DNA of 40,760 bases, from contig BTWA01000046.1 in NCBI GenBank assembly GCA_045863295.1, forward strand, positions 1 through 40,760, given 5' to 3'. Every line of letters begins with the position of its first letter. Positions within the stretch are counted from its first letter, which is position 1. A program made the translations under genes and the position numbers. A model generated the notes under the pieces. It did no database searches and was not told the DNA's origin. It saw nothing but the letters and a program-made list of their open reading frames with translations. Shown piece by piece: positions 37,286 to 40,760 of this stretch. The DNA comes from Candidatus Hydrogenedentota bacterium (GTDB taxonomy: Bacteria > Hydrogenedentota > Hydrogenedentia > Hydrogenedentales > SLHB01).

Positions 37286-38943
37286 TGCGAATTCTAATCG
37301 CACAAATGACGCGCATGGGCGATGTAATACAAACGTCGCCAATGATCCGCGCCCTGCGCGAAAAGCACCCCGACGCCTACATCGCCATCATGGTCCGCCG
37401 CATGGGAAAGGCCGTGGCGGAGGCAAATCCCGATATCAATGAGGTGCTTGTATACGACGAAGATACCATGTTTCAGCACCTCCGCTCGCGGGATTCGAAT
37501 AAGCTGATGCTGGCCTATAATCTGGCTGATGGGTATGTAAATGAACTAAAGGCGCGCAGGTTCGACATCGTATACAACTGCACCCACAGCCTCTCCTCCG
37601 CCATCCTCTTCCGCCTTGCAGGCATCCCGAATGTAGTCGGAGCTGACCTCAGCGACGACTGGCGATACATACTGCGCGGCCCCGGCGCAAACTACTTCTT
37701 CACCAGCGTCGTGCATCGCAACTACAACGATGTAAATCTATGCGATCTCTTCCGCCTGTTTGTGGACGCTCCCCCGCCGCCGGATGGACTGGTTCTACAA
37801 GTGCGTCAGGACGACGAAAGTGCCGTGAAAAAATTGCTGGCGGAACACGGTATCGAAGAAGAAGATCCCTTCGTCTGTTTTCAACTGGGCGCGAGCGACA
37901 ATGACAAGCGATGGCCGGAGGAACGCTTTGCACGCCTGGCCGTGTCCATGTCGGCCGACCGCGGTGTGCGCATCGTGCTTGTGGGCGTTAAGGAAGAGTC
38001 TCGTCTGGGCGAACGCTTCGAAGTCCACGCACCGAATATCGCCGTACATTTCTTCGGCAAGACCAGCGTGCCCCAATTGGCCGCCCTGTTGAAGCGATCC
38101 CGCATGCTGATTACAAACGATACCGGCACCATGCATGTGGCGGCCGCCGTCAAATGCCCCATCGTCCTTGCCTCGGTCGGGTACGTCCACTTCCGCGAGA
38201 CCGGACCCTACGCCTCGGACTGCTGTGCCATCGAACAACGTCGGGGACGTCTTGTTCATTCCAGCGATGCACGCCAAGATACCGCGTCACGGGAGGCCAT
38301 ACTTCCACATCACGTATTGAAGGCCTATGACTTCATACTCGAGGCGCGTACCACGGGACAACGGCCGTTGCTCGATGATGCACAAGAATTTGAGGGCGTC
38401 GACTTCTATTGGTCGCGATTCGCCCCGGATGCATGCCTGCAATGGTATCCCGTTATCAGGCGTGAAATGACCGAGGGAGATTATCTGCGAGCCGTATACC
38501 GGGCCATGTGGCTGCAAATCTTCACCCATTCCAACAGTGGGGAGCGTGAAGCGGCGGCGGCCATGAGGAATTGCTACCGTAATCCAGACTCTCGGCAATT
38601 AGGTGAATGGGCCACCCGCTTTGAGTCGCCAGCCAGTGAATTGGCCGAATGGGCCGAACTGGGAAATCAGCGTACGCGCCAGCTGATTGGCATTCTCGAG
38701 TCTCGAAAAAACCTGGCTGAAGCCCGCGGCATCGTAAGTCAACTGATCACACTCGACGAACGCATTCGCCTGCAGGGTGAACTCCACGATTGCGTGCGGC
38801 CGCTCACCGCCATCTTCCAATTCGAGCGCGACAACCTCGAAGGCGCCGATCCGCTGCGCGTCGCCAAGGATACACTGGTCATGTACGCAAACCTCGAGCA
38901 GCGCGCACGCTTGGCAATCGAAAAGTGCCGTTTGCTGGAATGA
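37282..38943 (+). CDS. Glycosyltransferase family 9 (heptosyltransferase-like) with C-terminal helical extension
   Basis: RILIAQMTRMGDVIQTSP, FQLGASDNDKRWP, GKTS, ITNDTGTMHVAAA. About 200 aa longer than WaaC/WaaF. Confidence 0.88.
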   Translation: MMRILIAQMTRMGDVIQTSPMIRALREKHPDAYIAIMVRRMGKAVAEANPDINEVLVYDEDTMFQHLRSRDSNKLMLAYNLADGYVNELKARRFDIVYNCTHSLSSAILFRLAGIPNVVGADLSDDWRYILRGPGANYFFTSVVHRNYNDVNLCDLFRLFVDAPPPPDGLVLQVRQDDESAVKKLLAEHGIEEEDPFVCFQLGASDNDKRWPEERFARLAVSMSADRGVRIVLVGVKEESRLGERFEVHAPNIAVHFFGKTSVPQLAALLKRSRMLITNDTGTMHVAAAVKCPIVLASVGYVHFRETGPYASDCCAIEQRRGRLVHSSDARQDTASREAILPHHVLKAYDFILEARTTGQRPLLDDAQEFEGVDFYWSRFAPDACLQWYPVIRREMTEGDYLRAVYRAMWLQIFTHSNSGEREAAAAMRNCYRNPDSRQLGEWATRFESPASELAEWAELGNQRTRQLIGILESRKNLAEARGIVSQLITLDERIRLQGELHDCVRPLTAIFQFERDNLEGADPLRVAKDTLVMYANLEQRARLAIEKCRLLE

Positions 38944-38979
38944 AGTATCCACTCAAACGCGCGAAAATCCGCCCAATGA

Positions 38980-39567
38980 TTATCCCGCCGCTTCACGCTC
39001 CCGAATGATCGGCGGCGAAGCCCTGTACGTTGCGATCAGACGCTCCACCAGGTTTCGTGGCTCGTCGTCGAAAATGACCTTTGAACCCGTATCTTTGCGG
39101 ATGATCGGCAAAATGTCGTCGATATGATCGGCTACCCCACGTGTTCCCGTAAGTACCCCCAACAAACGACCTTCGTCATACGCAATGGAAAACTCGCCCA
39201 ATGTACCAGAACGCCCTCCCACAATGATCACAATATCGCAACTGCGCACACCGATGACTTCACGCCCCATCAGGCCCATGCCCGTGTAGATCAAAACATC
39301 GATGTGATCGTACGGGCTGTTGTATTTCTCGATATGCTCATGAAGACTGATCGCAGGAGACACGCCAATGGTCAAACCACCATGCTCTTTGCATCCAATT
39401 ACCGCAAAATGCGGCAACCCAGGACATCCACCGGTCACAATCGCAGCTCCGGCATCGGCAATCGCACGTCCAAGTTCCTTGCATTTGTTCACGATTGCCG
39501 GGTCCATGTGACCACCGGCGGAACCCATCACCCCAATCTTGATCCTCAACTCGTCAGAAGTTCTCAT
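38980..39567 (-). CDS. LOG/SLOG family protein (TIGR00725-like)
   Basis: KIGVMGSA, IVTGGCPG, GGLTIGVSP, TGMG..GR, VGGRSGTLGE. Confidence 0.85.
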   Translation of the reverse strand: MRTSDELRIKIGVMGSAGGHMDPAIVNKCKELGRAIADAGAAIVTGGCPGLPHFAVIGCKEHGGLTIGVSPAISLHEHIEKYNSPYDHIDVLIYTGMGLMGREVIGVRSCDIVIIVGGRSGTLGEFSIAYDEGRLLGVLTGTRGVADHIDDILPIIRKDTGSKVIFDDEPRNLVERLIATYRASPPIIREREAAG

Positions 39568-39594
39568 GCTTCCCCCACGCCATGAGCGGCACTA

Positions 39595-40760
39595 TCACGC
39601 GCCCTTGGCTTTCAACAGTTCCTTTGCATGCGCTAGACTCACCGTGGTCAGCGAACCGTCAAGCAAGCGCGCCACTTCCTGTACTCGCATTTCGTCTTCT
39701 ATTCGCGACACACTGGTGACCGTCCGCTTCTTTTGCGTTGCCTTGGCCACATTGAAATGCGCGTTCGCCGCGGCGGCAATCTGCGGCAAATGCGTAATGC
39801 AGATAACTTGGTGCGTCCCAGAAAGCTGCCGCATACGAGCCGCCACCTGGTTGGCCACCGCCCCACCTACACCCGCGTCAATTTCGTCAAATATTAGGGT
39901 GGGAATCCGATCCGCGTCCGCGAACACGGCCTTCAACGCTAGCATCACGCGCGAGATTTCGCCGCCGCTCGCCACTTGTTTCAAAGGCTTGGGTCTCTCA
40001 CCCACGTTGGCCGCCAACAGAAACTCAACGCGATCGATGCCGCTACTGTACAACGCTACCGCCTGAAAATGAGGCTCAAACGTGCCTCCTTTCATACCCA
40101 AATCGTGTAGCGCCGCGCTCACCTTCTTGGCAAGCCGCCCGGCTGAGTCCTTCCGCTTCTGGGAAAGTGCTGCGGAGTCCGCCTGCGCAAGTTCCGACAG
40201 CTCACTTCGTTCTTTGCGCATGCGCTCAAGATTTTCGTCGCGCTTCTCGTGCGTGTCGATATCCGCGACCGCCCGTTCCCGATACGCCAGAATCGCTTCC
40301 ACCGAATCGCCGTACTTCCGCTTCAAGTCGCCAATCAAACTGATGCGCCGGTTCAACTCATCCAACTCGACCGGATCGTATTCGACCTCCTGAGTGAATT
40401 CCCTCAACTCCGCGGCCGCGTCCTCCAACGTGGAGCGCAATGAATTCACCTGTTCGGCAAGCGCTTGAAACCGGGGATCGATGTCCGCCAGTTCCTCCAA
40501 GGCGTTCAATGTAGCGCTAACCTGATCGCTTGCCGACCCCTCGCTTTCGTACAAACTGCCATACGCCGCGCTTGCCTGCTCGAATACCTTCTCGGCATTC
40601 GTGATTAGGTTGCGCCGCGAACGGATTTCCTCTTCCTCGCCCGCGCGAAGCCCCGCCTTGTCAATTTCCCCAACTTCAAACTTGAGAAACTCAATACGGC
40701 GTTCGTGTTCCCGATCATCGTGTTCCAACGCCGCGATCGCCTGCTCCAAATCGCGCAACC
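39595..40760 (-). CDS. recN: DNA repair protein RecN (3' part; truncated by window edge)
   Basis: Coiled coil, GIDRVEF, VASGGEISRVMLALK signature, IFDEIDAGVGG Walker B and QVICITHLPQIAA. Confidence 0.96.
   Translation of the reverse strand, partial: LRDLEQAIAALEHDDREHERRIEFLKFEVGEIDKAGLRAGEEEEIRSRRNLITNAEKVFEQASAAYGSLYESEGSASDQVSATLNALEELADIDPRFQALAEQVNSLRSTLEDAAAELREFTQEVEYDPVELDELNRRISLIGDLKRKYGDSVEAILAYRERAVADIDTHEKRDENLERMRKERSELSELAQADSAALSQKRKDSAGRLAKKVSAALHDLGMKGGTFEPHFQAVALYSSGIDRVEFLLAANVGERPKPLKQVASGGEISRVMLALKAVFADADRIPTLIFDEIDAGVGGAVANQVAARMRQLSGTHQVICITHLPQIAAAANAHFNVAKATQKKRTVTSVSRIEDEMRVQEVARLLDGSLTTVSLAHAKELLKAKGA

Overview
A gene-dense, moderately GC-rich bacterial chromosomal segment with about 33 protein-coding genes. 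I see no rRNA, tRNA, CRISPR array, integrase or transposase. From left to right it holds: a 24-bp palindromic tandem repeat at the window edge; a secreted epoxide-hydrolase-like enzyme; an unusually short division operon, murC-ftsQ-ftsZ, with no ftsA and a PilT/PilU-family ATPase translationally coupled to ftsZ; several hydrolases, a TerB-like gene and a lipoprotein serpin; scpA-yraN; a three-gene unit (enoyl-CoA hydratase, a neutral-ceramidase + C45/Ntn-hydrolase fusion with Ser at the usual Cys nucleophile, and a membrane-anchored unknown protein); a lytic transglycosylase; cinA/pncC-dnaE; a small unknown ORF + XRE regulator pair behind a promoter with an operator-like inverted repeat; glycan-related genes; fliW-csrA heading a probable flagellin/surface glycosylation operon; and a LOG-family gene with the 3' part of recN. 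The most notable items are the ceramidase/Ntn fusion, the ftsZ-pilT coupling, the Maf-like glycosylation operon with a probable CsrA autoregulatory site, and the small XRE module. All calls come from reading motifs by eye; no database searches were run.
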